In this document: positions 21,566-33,287 of the stretch, one piece after another
How the letters are laid out: each line of letters starts with the position of its first letter
Numbering within the stretch: the first letter of the stretch is position 1
Assembly: GCA_004796365.1 (NCBI GenBank)
Contig: QZLE01000201.1
Coordinates: forward strand, 1 to 59,929
Direction of reading: 5' to 3'
DNA: 59,929 bases
Origin: Gammaproteobacteria bacterium
GTDB lineage: Bacteria; Pseudomonadota; Gammaproteobacteria; QZLD01
Translations under genes and position numbers: made by a program
Notes under the pieces: generated by a model
What the model was told of the DNA's origin: nothing
Seen by the model: the letters and a program-made list of their open reading frames with translations, nothing else
Database searches by the model: none

Positions 21566-22762
21566 ATGGAAAGAAATACCATAGATAACACTATAACCTC
21601 ATTTGGATATAGAATTCTTACACTTTTTATCGCAATCTCTTCTATTATTATTCCGATTTTGCTGTTTCTGTTTACTGACATTTCACTTGAATTGAAATTT
21701 CTTATTTTCGGCATTGGATGTTTTATCTGTGGAGCTATATCTGCTAACACAACTGCGCAAAATCAAACGAAATCACCGTGTCGCAAGTTCATCTCAAATG
21801 TAGAAATCATTAATGATCTAGCGCATAACATTGGTGATATTTCAGATCCCGATGTAATTTATAACAGAATAACAACTGCGCTAAACAAAAGGTTTGCTGA
21901 CTTTAATTGCGTAATTGCTAAATATGACGCATCAGCAAACACATCTACGATCTATTCGTTATGGCTTGAAGCTTCGAAGCCAATAATAGTTAATGAGGCT
22001 AATAGAGCTGATATTGAATATGATATAGAAGCTATAACCAAAGAAATTTCAATCCTTGATGAAACAAACTGCATTTTACAGCCAATCTATACGCAAAATC
22101 TTAGTATGGGTGAGATCAGAATCTGGAGTGACTCTTCTCAACCATGCATTATTAACTCTGATGATAATCAGTTTCTCGTTACTGCTTCTAATATTTCTGC
22201 TCTTGCTTTGGCAAATATCAAGGCAAACTCATGCATTATGAGTAATTCTGTTAGAGATCCAATAACTGGCCTATATAATAAAGGATACCTTTTTGACACC
22301 GTACAGCGCGAGCTACATCGAGCCCATAGATGCAACTTTCCTATCGGTATTTTAATGATTGAAATCGATAAGTTTGACGATATTATCGAGCAACATACCA
22401 GCGAAGCAGGTAATAAATTACTATCATCTGTAGCTGGTCTGCTTCAAGGAACCTTTCGTGGTCATGACATCAGCTGCAGATTCAGCAAAAATGTCTTTGT
22501 TCAAGTTCTACCTGAAGCCAGCTTGGAAAGCACCCTTAAGCGCTCTGAAGAGCTAAGCCAATGGATTAACGAGCTAAACATAAAATATATGGGAGATTCA
22601 TTGCCTGCAGTTACATGTTCAATTGGTATTGCATGCTTCCCAAACCACGCTGATAATAGTGACGAATTAATGGAAGCAGTTGTAAGCGCCACTTTCAGGG
22701 CAAAACAAGCAGGAATGGATCAGGTTGTTATTGCGGAAAGAGCCTTCAGCGAGGATGAATAA
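21566..22762 (+). CDS. Membrane-bound GAF-like + degenerate GGDEF protein
   Basis: Two TM helices; DPITGLYN; SKNVF at the GGDEF position; RGHD I-site; TCSIGIA.FP. Confidence 0.85.
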   Translation: MERNTIDNTITSFGYRILTLFIAISSIIIPILLFLFTDISLELKFLIFGIGCFICGAISANTTAQNQTKSPCRKFISNVEIINDLAHNIGDISDPDVIYNRITTALNKRFADFNCVIAKYDASANTSTIYSLWLEASKPIIVNEANRADIEYDIEAITKEISILDETNCILQPIYTQNLSMGEIRIWSDSSQPCIINSDDNQFLVTASNISALALANIKANSCIMSNSVRDPITGLYNKGYLFDTVQRELHRAHRCNFPIGILMIEIDKFDDIIEQHTSEAGNKLLSSVAGLLQGTFRGHDISCRFSKNVFVQVLPEASLESTLKRSEELSQWINELNIKYMGDSLPAVTCSIGIACFPNHADNSDELMEAVVSATFRAKQAGMDQVVIAERAFSEDE

Positions 22763-22764
22763 CC

Positions 22765-23232
22765 TTATACCTGCACCATATCTTCATAACAGCTTTTTAT
22801 ATCATCAATTGTTGCAAAGCAATCATCCCTTACCTTTTGCATAATCTCCTGATGTTTAACCAATTCTATATATGCCTTAACCCTGTTTTTGACGATTATT
22901 ATATTAAAAGGTTTTATAAAGTAATCTACAGCACCTAGCTCAAGTCCTTTTATCTCATCTTCATCATCTGACTTTGCGGTAATAAAAATAACAGGTATAC
23001 CGTTTGTTGTTTCATTTTGCTTAAGTTTTTTGCACACCTCATAGCCGTCCATCTCAGGCATTACAATATCGAGCAAAATCAAATCCGGTTTATTATCTGA
23101 AAATGCAATTTTGAGTGCATCACGGCCATTATTAGCAACTTGGATTACATAGTCGTCACATAATGTTTGCCCTAGAATTTTAATATTAGCTGGAGCATCA
23201 TCAACGATTAGTATGGTGCCATTTTTAGTCAT
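22765..23232 (-). CDS. Single-domain response regulator (REC + short helical tail)
   Basis: VDD, LLDIVMP.MDG, FITA, IKPF. Confidence 0.92.
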   Translation of the reverse strand: MTKNGTILIVDDAPANIKILGQTLCDDYVIQVANNGRDALKIAFSDNKPDLILLDIVMPEMDGYEVCKKLKQNETTNGIPVIFITAKSDDEDEIKGLELGAVDYFIKPFNIIIVKNRVKAYIELVKHQEIMQKVRDDCFATIDDIKSCYEDMVQV

Positions 23233-23253
23233 TTCTATTACTTCCTTTTATTC

Positions 23254-26200
23254 TTAATCCTCTGCCCTTTTTCTACAATCCACCCCATAATGATCAGCTA
23301 TTTTTCCAAAAACCTCCAAGGCGCTATTAAAATCAAACTTCCCCAGTAATTCATTTATATTATCAATATCTGCACCAAACATATTTTGGTCAAATAAGGT
23401 TTTTATCTCTTCTAAATAATCCATCGCTAAAAAATCGTTTGTGCGGAGATAGTCAATAAAGATCAGGGATTTCTTCTTAATTTCATCATGCGAAATAGCT
23501 GAGCCATTATTCGACTCTGCCGCCCCATCTTTTGCAAGTTCCATTTCATTTAGCTCAATCAATAAATTTGCTGATTCGAAAATTGGTTGCAAAGATGATC
23601 TAAACTGTGAAAGTAATACGGAAATCAAATCTTGCTTATCTTTCCTTATTGCCTCTTCAAGGGCAACTGTATCATCAATAATTTTCTGCGTTGAAAATGT
23701 TTTAACTAGTCCTTTAACTGTATGTGCAATTCTGGCTGCTTCTTCTTTATCATTATTCTTAAGACTACTCTGAATTATTTCTGGCGCATTATAAAAGTCC
23801 TTTGCAAATGATGTTATGACAGATATTGCTAATTTTTTATTCCCTGCCATTCTTTCAATTGCATTTTTCAGATTTATTCCAGGTAGCTCCAGTTCATAAT
23901 TAATTTCATGGGCACCTGAATTTGGATTTAGATGATTTTCTCTGCGATTATTTTTATAAGTGTTTACAGATTCTGTATATTGCGGTGTAACCCATTTCGA
24001 AAGGGTTTGTACTAATTCAGAATAATTAACCGGTTTGGTCACATAATCATTCATTCCAGACTTCAGGCACTGTTCCTTTACCCCAACCACTGCATCAGCA
24101 GTCATGGCAATTACCGGGATTTCGGAAAACCTAGCATCTTTTCTTAGTTGTTCACAGAAAGTATAACCATCCATTTCTGGCATCTGAATATCAGTTAGGA
24201 CTACATCATAGTACTTAGGATTTTTTTCTAATACTTCCAGCGCCATAATACCATCATCAGCAAGGTCAACAGAAAGACCTACCCCCTGCAGCATCTCCTG
24301 AGCTACCTGCTGATTGATATAATTATCCTCAACTAATAGCAGCCTGGCACCAAATATCTTTTCATAAGCCTGAGAAAGATTCGTATTGAATATTTGCTCT
24401 TCCTTATCACCAATATCTACAAAAATGTCGCTAATTATTGTATGCAGATCTTTATCTTTTATTGGTTTATAAAGCCAGTAGTTTACCCCTTTTTGAAACG
24501 CTTGCGCTTTGACCTCTTCTGATTGGTAGGCTGAAATCATAACAATAGGGGTTGTTTTATCAGCATATTCTTCACGTATTGTGTCAACAAGTTGAATGCC
24601 ATCCATATCAGGCATCTTCCAGTCAGTAATGATTAGATCATAACTGAAATATTTATTGACATTTCTATATTCATCGAGCAATGATTCTGCGCTTTCAGCT
24701 GCAATAACATTCATGCCGACTTTTTGTAATTCGTAAGTTAGATAAACCCTTACAGCCTCATTATCATCTGCAATTAATACCTTTTTACCTTTAGCATTAT
24801 TTTTTAATTTGGCCTCAATGCCTTCGGATGAAGTAGCAAAAATAACGGTAAATGCAAAAGTACTTCCCTCACCGAGCTCACTTTCAACCCAGATTCTTCC
24901 ACCCATTAATTCAATAATCGATTTACAGATCGCAAGACCTAGGCCAGTTCCACCAAACTTTCTAGTTGTAGAGCTATCAGCCTGGGTAAACGAATCAAAA
25001 AGTTTATCAACCTTGGTATCACATATCCCAGAACCAGTATCATGCACAGCAAACTTGATCTTTGCCTCGTCATAGCTCTGCTTTACAACGCTAATTTCAA
25101 TATCAACCGTACCATTGTGCGTAAATTTTAATGCATTATTGGTAAGGTTAATAAGAACCTGCGACAGTCGCAGCGGGTCTCCAATTAAATGCACAGGCAC
25201 GTCATTATGTATATTAATTGCCAATTCATTATTGTTTTCATGCACTTTAGTAGCAAACATATCTTTGATGTGCTTAACAACACTATTCAGATTAAAGAAA
25301 GTTTTCTCAATATCTAGCTTACCAGCTTCAATCTTGGAAAAATCTAAAATGTCATTGACCAGCCCAAGCAAAGACTTGGATGAACTAAAAATTTTCTTGG
25401 TGTAGTCAAGCTGCTTATCATTTTGCTCGGTCTGTAATAGCAGTTCAGTTAGACCGGTGATAGCATTTAACGGGGTGCGAATTTCATGGCTCATATTTGC
25501 CAGGAATCCGCTTTTGGCTTCTGTTGCAGCTTGGGCAGATTCAACTGCGCGCTGCATTGCATCTAGCCTGCTTCTTTCTGTTTCTACCAACTGTTCCTGA
25601 GTATGCTTCAATTCTTCCAAAGTATTCTCTAACTCATCCTTCTGCTTGCCTATTTGCGTATAAAGATTGGCATTAACAATAACCGAATCCATAAATGAAC
25701 ATAATCGAAAAATTATTTGTTGCTCATCATCTGTTAGAACAGCCTTATGCTCAAAACTCATTAGGCTCAAAATCCCTATAGCTTCACCATGTTTTTTAAT
25801 CGGGATTTGCAGCAGTGTACGCATCTGCGGAAATTTAACTATTGTATCCCGATCAATTTTTGCCATTGGCAGATCCAAAATCGCCTGGGCATCAGGAATA
25901 TAAATTGGGGTGTCATTTCGAATAGCAAGCACTAATGCCCCACCATCCTTATTCATCGGGAAGTGCGTATCAGCTTCAAAGTAACTTTCCAAGTCATCCA
26001 GGTAGGGCTTATTATCATTTGGCCGCCGATATATATAGGTATAATCTAAAGCATTATCCTGGATTAAGAAAACGCTCGCGGTATCAAAGTTATACCTTTT
26101 TAGAATCTCTTCAGAAAAAGCATGATAAACGTGCTCAACAGAAGATACTGCATTAATCTCAGATATAAATTGTAATAAGGAGCTGTTAAATTCAAAAGAT

Positions 26201-27435
26201 TTATTAACTTCAGTCTCCTTAGACTTCATCAGATCATAGTAATAAGAAAACTCGATCTTTGAAGCCAAAAACGGAGATAGCTGATCAATATTTGCGCTGT
26301 CAATATGACTTAAATTCCGGGATTGGCTCAAAAAAACCATCACACCAAATGATTTGGTTTCATTTGCAATCGGTAAAATTGTAAATGACTGCAGTTCCCA
26401 TAGTTCTAAAATGTGATGTGCATACTTAGAATAACCGCTTTGTTCAGACTTAAAGTAGGTTTCACTTTGGTTAGATTTAAATACCTTTGAATACGGACTT
26501 TCATCATTAAGATCGACACGAAAACTGGCATAAGTCTCTTCGATAGATGCAAACTCGCTTGGCAATGAAAGAGATTCACAAACTAGCGAATCCTCGGACT
26601 CGGACTTCAAAAGTATTAAATAACCATCAAAATCATTTTCGCTGGTAACTGTCCTGCCAAAAATTTCTAAAATCTGTCTAAGGTCAATTGTTGACCCCAA
26701 CCTGTTAACCAGATTAATTATCTGCTGCTGTTCGGTTTTAACTCTTTCGCTTTCAATGTTGTTTTTTAACAACCTGATTGTGCCAGACAAGCTAGAAATA
26801 AATCTTTTGATCTCACGAATATCTTTAATAGATAGATTCAGACCATGATGAATTGAGAATAACTGCAGTACACCAATTGTAATTCCGTGATCAACAACTG
26901 GTATCAATAAATTTTCTCTTATATCCAGATAGGAAAGGGTTTCCGCATCAAATTCAAGCAAATCTTCATGCGCGCGTAAGTCTTTTTTTCTGGCATAAAA
27001 TAACTTTTGTCTGATCGCGACCTTTGTGCTAATTGATAGTTCAGGCCTAGACAAATCAAGGCTTCTGGTAAGATTTTCTTCAAGTGCAAGATCATCAATA
27101 TCCAGCCCAGTATAACGATGGCATATCAGCTGATTTTTTTGCTCATCAATTATCTGTACTATAAACGCACTAAAGCCCCATTTTTCACGTAAATAATCAA
27201 GTACTTCATCAAGCAGCTCATCAAGAGACCACATTGAAGAGGCAATTTTCTGCAACAGTTTTTTCTCTTGACGTTCTCGAGTCAATTCTTTTGCAAGAAC
27301 ATCAAGACTGGTCTCAAGTGAAATAGCCTCATCGCCTCGATCAATACACTGGTCATGGACATAATTGTCATTCCGCACGCCATCAGCAGCATCATGATCA
27401 AAGTCTGTATTTGAATCGTTGATGCAATTGCTCAT
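23254..27435 (-). CDS. Hybrid histidine kinase GAF-GAF-GAF-HisKA-HATPase-REC-REC-Hpt
   Basis: Three GAF-like repeats ending in LLIPV, ILPIA and LQIPI; MSHEIRTP; two receivers (DWKMP, DIQMP); HTVKG Hpt. Confidence 0.9.
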   Translation of the reverse strand: MSNCINDSNTDFDHDAADGVRNDNYVHDQCIDRGDEAISLETSLDVLAKELTRERQEKKLLQKIASSMWSLDELLDEVLDYLREKWGFSAFIVQIIDEQKNQLICHRYTGLDIDDLALEENLTRSLDLSRPELSISTKVAIRQKLFYARKKDLRAHEDLLEFDAETLSYLDIRENLLIPVVDHGITIGVLQLFSIHHGLNLSIKDIREIKRFISSLSGTIRLLKNNIESERVKTEQQQIINLVNRLGSTIDLRQILEIFGRTVTSENDFDGYLILLKSESEDSLVCESLSLPSEFASIEETYASFRVDLNDESPYSKVFKSNQSETYFKSEQSGYSKYAHHILELWELQSFTILPIANETKSFGVMVFLSQSRNLSHIDSANIDQLSPFLASKIEFSYYYDLMKSKETEVNKSFEFNSSLLQFISEINAVSSVEHVYHAFSEEILKRYNFDTASVFLIQDNALDYTYIYRRPNDNKPYLDDLESYFEADTHFPMNKDGGALVLAIRNDTPIYIPDAQAILDLPMAKIDRDTIVKFPQMRTLLQIPIKKHGEAIGILSLMSFEHKAVLTDDEQQIIFRLCSFMDSVIVNANLYTQIGKQKDELENTLEELKHTQEQLVETERSRLDAMQRAVESAQAATEAKSGFLANMSHEIRTPLNAITGLTELLLQTEQNDKQLDYTKKIFSSSKSLLGLVNDILDFSKIEAGKLDIEKTFFNLNSVVKHIKDMFATKVHENNNELAINIHNDVPVHLIGDPLRLSQVLINLTNNALKFTHNGTVDIEISVVKQSYDEAKIKFAVHDTGSGICDTKVDKLFDSFTQADSSTTRKFGGTGLGLAICKSIIELMGGRIWVESELGEGSTFAFTVIFATSSEGIEAKLKNNAKGKKVLIADDNEAVRVYLTYELQKVGMNVIAAESAESLLDEYRNVNKYFSYDLIITDWKMPDMDGIQLVDTIREEYADKTTPIVMISAYQSEEVKAQAFQKGVNYWLYKPIKDKDLHTIISDIFVDIGDKEEQIFNTNLSQAYEKIFGARLLLVEDNYINQQVAQEMLQGVGLSVDLADDGIMALEVLEKNPKYYDVVLTDIQMPEMDGYTFCEQLRKDARFSEIPVIAMTADAVVGVKEQCLKSGMNDYVTKPVNYSELVQTLSKWVTPQYTESVNTYKNNRRENHLNPNSGAHEINYELELPGINLKNAIERMAGNKKLAISVITSFAKDFYNAPEIIQSSLKNNDKEEAARIAHTVKGLVKTFSTQKIIDDTVALEEAIRKDKQDLISVLLSQFRSSLQPIFESANLLIELNEMELAKDGAAESNNGSAISHDEIKKKSLIFIDYLRTNDFLAMDYLEEIKTLFDQNMFGADIDNINELLGKFDFNSALEVFGKIADHYGVDCRKRAED

Positions 27436-27474
27436 GATATAATACTTCCAACCGAACCCAATAGACCAAAACCC

Positions 27475-29346
27475 TTATTGGGGTTTATCAACCTTCCATT
27501 CGGCTTCTTTGATCCATTCAAGCAAATCAGCAACAGGTACCGGACGGCTAAGATGGTATCCCTGAGCAACATCACAACCCATCTTTTTAAGCTCTTCTAA
27601 TGATTCCTGGTTTTCTACGCCTTCCGCTACAACCTCAAGCCCTAGGTTATGACTCATTTCTATGGTTGTATGCACAATCATCATGTCATCTTTTTGCTCA
27701 ATCATATCCATTACAAAAGAGCGGTCAATTTTGATCTCTTTAATAGGAAGCTGCCTGATATACGCCAAAGATGAATATCCGGTTCCATAATCATCAATTG
27801 AGATCCTGAACCCTTTATCATCAAGATCATTCAATACCTTTGTGGCATGATCGCGATCTTCCATCATAGCGCTTTCGGTAATCTCCAGCACCAGAAGCTC
27901 TGGCGGAACATTATGCTCTGTTATAAGGTCAATTAGATAATCTGTAAGCTCTTTTTCCTGCAGGTTTCTAGCGGAAAGGTTAATACCCATCCTAATTGAC
28001 ATTCCCCTATTTAGAAAATCTGCGCACTGAGTTATTGCTGTCTTTAACACCCACCTGGTTAGTGGTTTGATAACACCAGTTTGTTCAGCAAGAGGAATAA
28101 ACTCATCAGGTGGGACAAACCCCAGTTCCTCATGATTCCAGCGCAACAGTGCTTCAACCCCAATCAGTTTTCCATTAATTACGTCAATTTGCGGCTGATA
28201 GGCCATTTTCAATAGATCTTTATCTATAGCCGTCCTTAACTCGCCCATAAGCGTTAACCTGCGGGCACTATATGGGTCAACTTCAGAAGAGTAGATCGCA
28301 TAATGATCGTTTTTACGCTGTGCAAATTCAAGGGCGATATACGCATGCTGCATTAAAATACCCGGCTCAGTCCCGTGGCTAGGGAAAATTGCCATGCCGA
28401 TATGTGCGCCAATATCAAGCGACATACCCTGATATTCAAACGGTTCTTCCATTTTAGCTAACAAATCATTAGCTATCTTAGCTAATTGTTCTTGCAAACC
28501 ATCTTCGCCTGTTGAATCGATTTTATTGTTATCAATCAATAAGCCAAAGTTGACCCCTTCTAAAACGGCAATGCATTGATCTACTCCGTCAACTGATTCA
28601 ATTACCATAGAGCTATCTATTGCTAAACTTAACTGACTAAGACGTTTGGCAACCTTTCCGAGTAAAGCATTACCATTATGATGACCAAGGGTATGGTTAA
28701 TCTCGTGAAACCTTTCAAGATAGATAGACATTAAGGTAAATGACTGCTGTTCCCCCATATCTATCAATTTCTGTATATTATCCTCGAGTAATAATCTGTT
28801 CGGCAAACCGGTTCTAGAGTCATGCATTGCCAGATAGATATTTCTCTCTTCGGCATCTCTTCTGTTTTGCGATTCTAGTTCAAGCTCTTGGGTTCTTTCA
28901 CTTACCAGGATATCCAGATTCTTGTTTTGCTCAAGTAGTTGGTTATACATCCACCTTATCGACAATAAGCTCTCAACACGAGTTAGGCCTTCAATAAAGT
29001 CAAATGGTTTATTGAGAAAATCACTTGCACCAGACTGCAGAGCCTTTACTCGATACTCCTGATCAGTTTCAGATGTCAGCACTAGGATTGGTGCGTATGC
29101 TTCCGGATCAATCTCAAGAATCTGCTCCATTACATCGAACCCATCTAAATGCGGCATATTAAGATCGAGAATTACCAGATCTGGCTTGAATTTTTTATAT
29201 GCCTCTGCAGCATCTCGCGAATCAATTATGTCATTAATTCTGGAATACCCGGCTTCCCGCAACATTCCGTTTAGCAGTTCATGATTTATAGGTTGATCAT
29301 CTACAATAAGTATTTTTAATTTGATCAACTCGTGCCTGTTATCCAT
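27475..29346 (-). CDS. Response regulator REC-GGDEF(degenerate)-EAL, probable c-di-GMP phosphodiesterase
   Basis: LDLNMP receiver; EGVNF at the GGDEF position; EALLRW, EITES, DDYGTGYSS, KIDRSF, EGVE, QGY. Confidence 0.92.
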   Translation of the reverse strand: MDNRHELIKLKILIVDDQPINHELLNGMLREAGYSRINDIIDSRDAAEAYKKFKPDLVILDLNMPHLDGFDVMEQILEIDPEAYAPILVLTSETDQEYRVKALQSGASDFLNKPFDFIEGLTRVESLLSIRWMYNQLLEQNKNLDILVSERTQELELESQNRRDAEERNIYLAMHDSRTGLPNRLLLEDNIQKLIDMGEQQSFTLMSIYLERFHEINHTLGHHNGNALLGKVAKRLSQLSLAIDSSMVIESVDGVDQCIAVLEGVNFGLLIDNNKIDSTGEDGLQEQLAKIANDLLAKMEEPFEYQGMSLDIGAHIGMAIFPSHGTEPGILMQHAYIALEFAQRKNDHYAIYSSEVDPYSARRLTLMGELRTAIDKDLLKMAYQPQIDVINGKLIGVEALLRWNHEELGFVPPDEFIPLAEQTGVIKPLTRWVLKTAITQCADFLNRGMSIRMGINLSARNLQEKELTDYLIDLITEHNVPPELLVLEITESAMMEDRDHATKVLNDLDDKGFRISIDDYGTGYSSLAYIRQLPIKEIKIDRSFVMDMIEQKDDMMIVHTTIEMSHNLGLEVVAEGVENQESLEELKKMGCDVAQGYHLSRPVPVADLLEWIKEAEWKVDKPQ

Positions 29347-29547
29347 CTAATTACCTATAAGCTAATAATTACTAATCAACACCAAATAATTTCACACTAT
29401 ATAGGATAGTAAAAGATGGCGCTAAATCATCGAATTGATCTACTTTTTTGCTGAGAATTTTAAATTTGTGAACTTCATTCAAGAATTATTAGCCACCAGT
29501 GACTGGTCGCTGATGAAAAAGGTTGCTTCTTACAAAATAAATTAGTG

Positions 29548-32500
29548 TTACGCCTTAAGAAGTTTGGTCATCAACATACTTAGTTTTGCAGCCGTCTGAG
29601 CATCATCAATTGTACCGGCCTGCTGTTCATCATTCTGTTTTTCAAGAAATACCTGCTGAATAAACTCCATGACCGCTACTCTGGCATTACTAAAATCAAA
29701 TTTCTCAACACTAGCCTTAATTTGCTCAATATTTTTTGAGTATTTAGTTTCCTGCATTTGCTTATATATTTGTTCGATGGTTTGATTAGCACCAAAATCA
29801 TTTAGGATAAGCTGTTCAACCAAATCAGATAAATCTGCTGCAATTTTATTTATGTCACATGCTCCGGTAATATCCTTTACTTTATGCTCAAGTTGCTGGT
29901 TCTTAGTTATATTTTTGACGATAAGAGCATCGATTGCAGAAAAAACTTCAGAAATAGAGTTTGAAAAACCTTCAATTTTATCATCAATATCAGAACTTTT
30001 GTTCTTCATACTTGATTCAAGATCGATAGTAGCAGTATGAAGCTGAGATGCAGCAAAAGTACCTGCCAGTCCTTTTATCGTATGCACAATCCTTAACGGT
30101 TCCTCATACAACTGCTCCTGGATTGCCTGCCTGATTTCATCAACAACTCCTTTATAATCACGAGCAAACTCTTCGAACAACTTCATCATAAGCTTGCTAT
30201 TCCCAGCCATTTTCTTTAAGCATGAATTTACATCGATTACCCCGGTTTCATCTTCAATTATATCATCTAGAAGCTCAGTTACACTGCTGGCTACAAGCTC
30301 ATCCTTAGTTTGCAGTTTTTTATCACTAGATGTTACCCACCTGGAAAGAGCCTGATAAAGATCATTCACATTGATCGGTTTGGTTACAAAATCATCCATA
30401 CCTGCATTAAGGCACTTTTCTTTATAGCCTGCCATAGCGTGGGCTGTCATGGCTATGATTGGAATTTTCGAGATTTTTGGGTTATTTCGAATATGAGAAG
30501 TAGCGGTATACCCATCCATTACCGGCATTTGGATATCCATCAAAATCACTTCATAAGATGCACCTTCAAGAGCTTTCAGAGCCTCTTCACCGTTACCTGC
30601 AACATCAACATCAATATCAGCCCCCTGAAGAAATTCAGTTGCAACTTGCTGATTTATGGGATTATCCTCAACTAACAGAACCTTAGTACCTGCAATCTGA
30701 TTTATTAGCTCACTATCATTGGCTTTATCACCATTTACATGATTGGAACTACTTTCATTTCCTGTCAGGCAAGAAACAACAATTTCATATAACGTACGCT
30801 GATTAAAAGGCTTGACTAAATTATCAAAAACACCGATCTCTAAAGCATCAGCTCGCTCTTGATCCTGATTGAGCGATGTCATAAGCACATATTTTGCTGG
30901 CCTTGGATCAACTAACGATTGAATTTCACTTATTATTGAAATTCCATTATTATCAGGTATCTCATAGTCAACAATAAATAGTTCGTACCTATCATTACCT
31001 TCCTCAACATCTTTTACGTTAGCTAAGGCCTGATCGGTTGATGTAAATGCATCAACCTCAAACCCTAACTGGAACATCTCGTGCCTCAGATACTCGGTTA
31101 CATACTCATTATCATCCAGAACAAATGCTCTAATTCCGTGATATTTTTCAGGAAGCACAGGCAAATCACTTTCTAGTTCGAAAAGTTCAAACTTCAGATC
31201 GAAAATAAAAGAACTTCCCTCTTTAACTTTACTTTCTGCTCTAATGTCTCCACCCATAGCCTGAACCAATGATCGACAAATGCTCAATCCCAAGCCAGTA
31301 CCTCCATACTTTCTTGTTACAGAACCATCAACCTGAGTGAATGACTTAAATAGCCCTGGAATAAGCTCTTCTGGTATTCCGATACCAGTATCAGTTACTG
31401 AAAAGTTCAATCTGGCCTGGTTATGTTCTAGTTCAAGCGTTTCAACCTTTATCGTTATAGCTCCATGTTCAGTAAATTTAATCGCATTACTGACAAGGTT
31501 AATCAGAACCTGGCCTAAACGCAGGGAGTCTCCAACAAGCCCCAATGGGACATCAGAGCCAACATAAACGATTACATCTATCTGTTTTTCAGAAATTAGT
31601 CCAGAAAACATATCGCAAACATTGTCGAGAACGTCATGTAGATTAAAATTGACACTTTCAATTTCCAACTTGCCTGCTTCAATTTTTGAAAAGTCCAATA
31701 TGTCATTGATAACGCCAAGCAGTGATTGCGATGAATTACTAATTTTATATAAATAGTCTTCTTGTTTTTCAGATAATTCAGTATCCAAAGTTAATTTTGA
31801 AAGACCAATAATCGCATTTAAAGGCGTTCTGATCTCATGACTCATATTTGCCAAGAAATTACTTTTAGCCTCTGCCGAAGCTTCCGCAGCCTCCTTTGCT
31901 ATCTTAAGCGCATCAGCTCTTTTTCTTTCTGTATCAACAAGTTGATTTTGAGTAGATTTTAGCTTTTCAAGTGTCTTACTAATCTGATTTTTCTGATCAT
32001 CTACCTTGGTATATAACTCAGCATTAATAATAGCTGTGCCTATGAACGAACATAGCAACTCAATAAGATTGATCTCTGAATCAGTAAGATAGATATTTTG
32101 ATTAAGGCTAAGCAGAGAAAGCACGCCAATCGCCTCATGCTGCTTCCGTATCGGAACATGAGCAATTGACTTAACGGTTTCCATAATATCCAATGCTTTT
32201 CTGTCCAAACGTGACATTGGAAGGTGCATGATTTTATCGACTTCAGAAATTACAATATGGATGTTGTTACTAACCGCCGCACCGATAGCCCCAGAAGAGA
32301 CAGAAACACTATAATGATCAACACTAAAGAACTCATCCCATTGCTTACACTTTTCGCTATAGCGCTCATCACTACAAATACTGTTGGTACCGATAATACT
32401 ATCGCCTTCAACCATAGAAATCAGAGCAACATCAAAATTAAACCGCTTTAAGAACTCAGATGAAAGCATCTGATATATGCGCTCACTTGATGTGATGCTG

Positions 32501-33126
32501 TTTATTTCAGTTACAAATTCTAAGAACTCTTCACGCTCTAAAGCAACGTCCTGAATCTTTGCCTCTTTTTCTTTTAATATTGCGAAGTCTCTTAATTTAC
32601 TCAATACAAGATAATAATCATCTAGATATACTTGTAATGAATCAAACTCTTCTTTCAAGAATTCTTTATGCTGGATAAGAAGATTAATAGTACCCAAACT
32701 ATTATCACAATATATTATTGGCAAAGTAACTAGCTGCTTTATTTCCCAACGTACAAATCTTTCTGTAGTACTTTCTGGATAACTTTCCGCTCCAGCCTTT
32801 TCAAGAACTATGGGCTCTTTTATTTGAAGAGCTCGGACATTAACATCAGGGTATGATCCATCAACTTTTTTTCTATCCGTTAGTCTATGTTGGAATTTTT
32901 TATATGCCCTTTCAATACCTTTATAATTTTCAGGAAGTTTTATATACTTGCAGACTAAATAACGCGCCTTATCATCTATGAGATTGATAACTACGCCATC
33001 TACAAATGATAAATTCAATAAATCATCTGCAAGAAGTTGGATAACAACATCTATATCCTCTTCGCCAAAAAGCCTATCTAACAACTGGTATCGCTTTACA
33101 TCAATTTTATTTGTAATGTTTACCAT
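29548..33126 (-). CDS. Hybrid histidine kinase GAF-GAF-HisKA-HATPase-REC-REC-Hpt
   Basis: Paralogue of 23254..27435; MSHEIRTP; DYEIP and DIQMP receivers; HTIKG Hpt. Confidence 0.9.
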   Translation of the reverse strand: MVNITNKIDVKRYQLLDRLFGEEDIDVVIQLLADDLLNLSFVDGVVINLIDDKARYLVCKYIKLPENYKGIERAYKKFQHRLTDRKKVDGSYPDVNVRALQIKEPIVLEKAGAESYPESTTERFVRWEIKQLVTLPIIYCDNSLGTINLLIQHKEFLKEEFDSLQVYLDDYYLVLSKLRDFAILKEKEAKIQDVALEREEFLEFVTEINSITSSERIYQMLSSEFLKRFNFDVALISMVEGDSIIGTNSICSDERYSEKCKQWDEFFSVDHYSVSVSSGAIGAAVSNNIHIVISEVDKIMHLPMSRLDRKALDIMETVKSIAHVPIRKQHEAIGVLSLLSLNQNIYLTDSEINLIELLCSFIGTAIINAELYTKVDDQKNQISKTLEKLKSTQNQLVDTERKRADALKIAKEAAEASAEAKSNFLANMSHEIRTPLNAIIGLSKLTLDTELSEKQEDYLYKISNSSQSLLGVINDILDFSKIEAGKLEIESVNFNLHDVLDNVCDMFSGLISEKQIDVIVYVGSDVPLGLVGDSLRLGQVLINLVSNAIKFTEHGAITIKVETLELEHNQARLNFSVTDTGIGIPEELIPGLFKSFTQVDGSVTRKYGGTGLGLSICRSLVQAMGGDIRAESKVKEGSSFIFDLKFELFELESDLPVLPEKYHGIRAFVLDDNEYVTEYLRHEMFQLGFEVDAFTSTDQALANVKDVEEGNDRYELFIVDYEIPDNNGISIISEIQSLVDPRPAKYVLMTSLNQDQERADALEIGVFDNLVKPFNQRTLYEIVVSCLTGNESSSNHVNGDKANDSELINQIAGTKVLLVEDNPINQQVATEFLQGADIDVDVAGNGEEALKALEGASYEVILMDIQMPVMDGYTATSHIRNNPKISKIPIIAMTAHAMAGYKEKCLNAGMDDFVTKPINVNDLYQALSRWVTSSDKKLQTKDELVASSVTELLDDIIEDETGVIDVNSCLKKMAGNSKLMMKLFEEFARDYKGVVDEIRQAIQEQLYEEPLRIVHTIKGLAGTFAASQLHTATIDLESSMKNKSSDIDDKIEGFSNSISEVFSAIDALIVKNITKNQQLEHKVKDITGACDINKIAADLSDLVEQLILNDFGANQTIEQIYKQMQETKYSKNIEQIKASVEKFDFSNARVAVMEFIQQVFLEKQNDEQQAGTIDDAQTAAKLSMLMTKLLKA

Positions 33127-33287
33127 TCTCTTACCGGATGTAATAAAACAGCTGCAAAAATAACTACTCCACCCATTGCTATATCGGGTTATTACTTTAC
33201 AATGCGTGCAGATGTTTCCAATTAATATTAATAGTCTGATTTTTTTTCTATATATTAACCAAGTGTAGTATATTTTTTAGAATTCAT

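Noticed and set aside
21373-21750. 125-aa minus-strand hydrophobic ORF
   Set aside because: Overlaps two plus-strand membrane-protein genes; the hydrophobicity reflects AT-rich antisense codons.
22765-23232. Response regulator as a truncated REC-GGDEF/HD-GYP pseudogene
   Set aside because: No output-domain remnant follows; its stop abuts the convergent gene's stop; the receiver motifs are intact.
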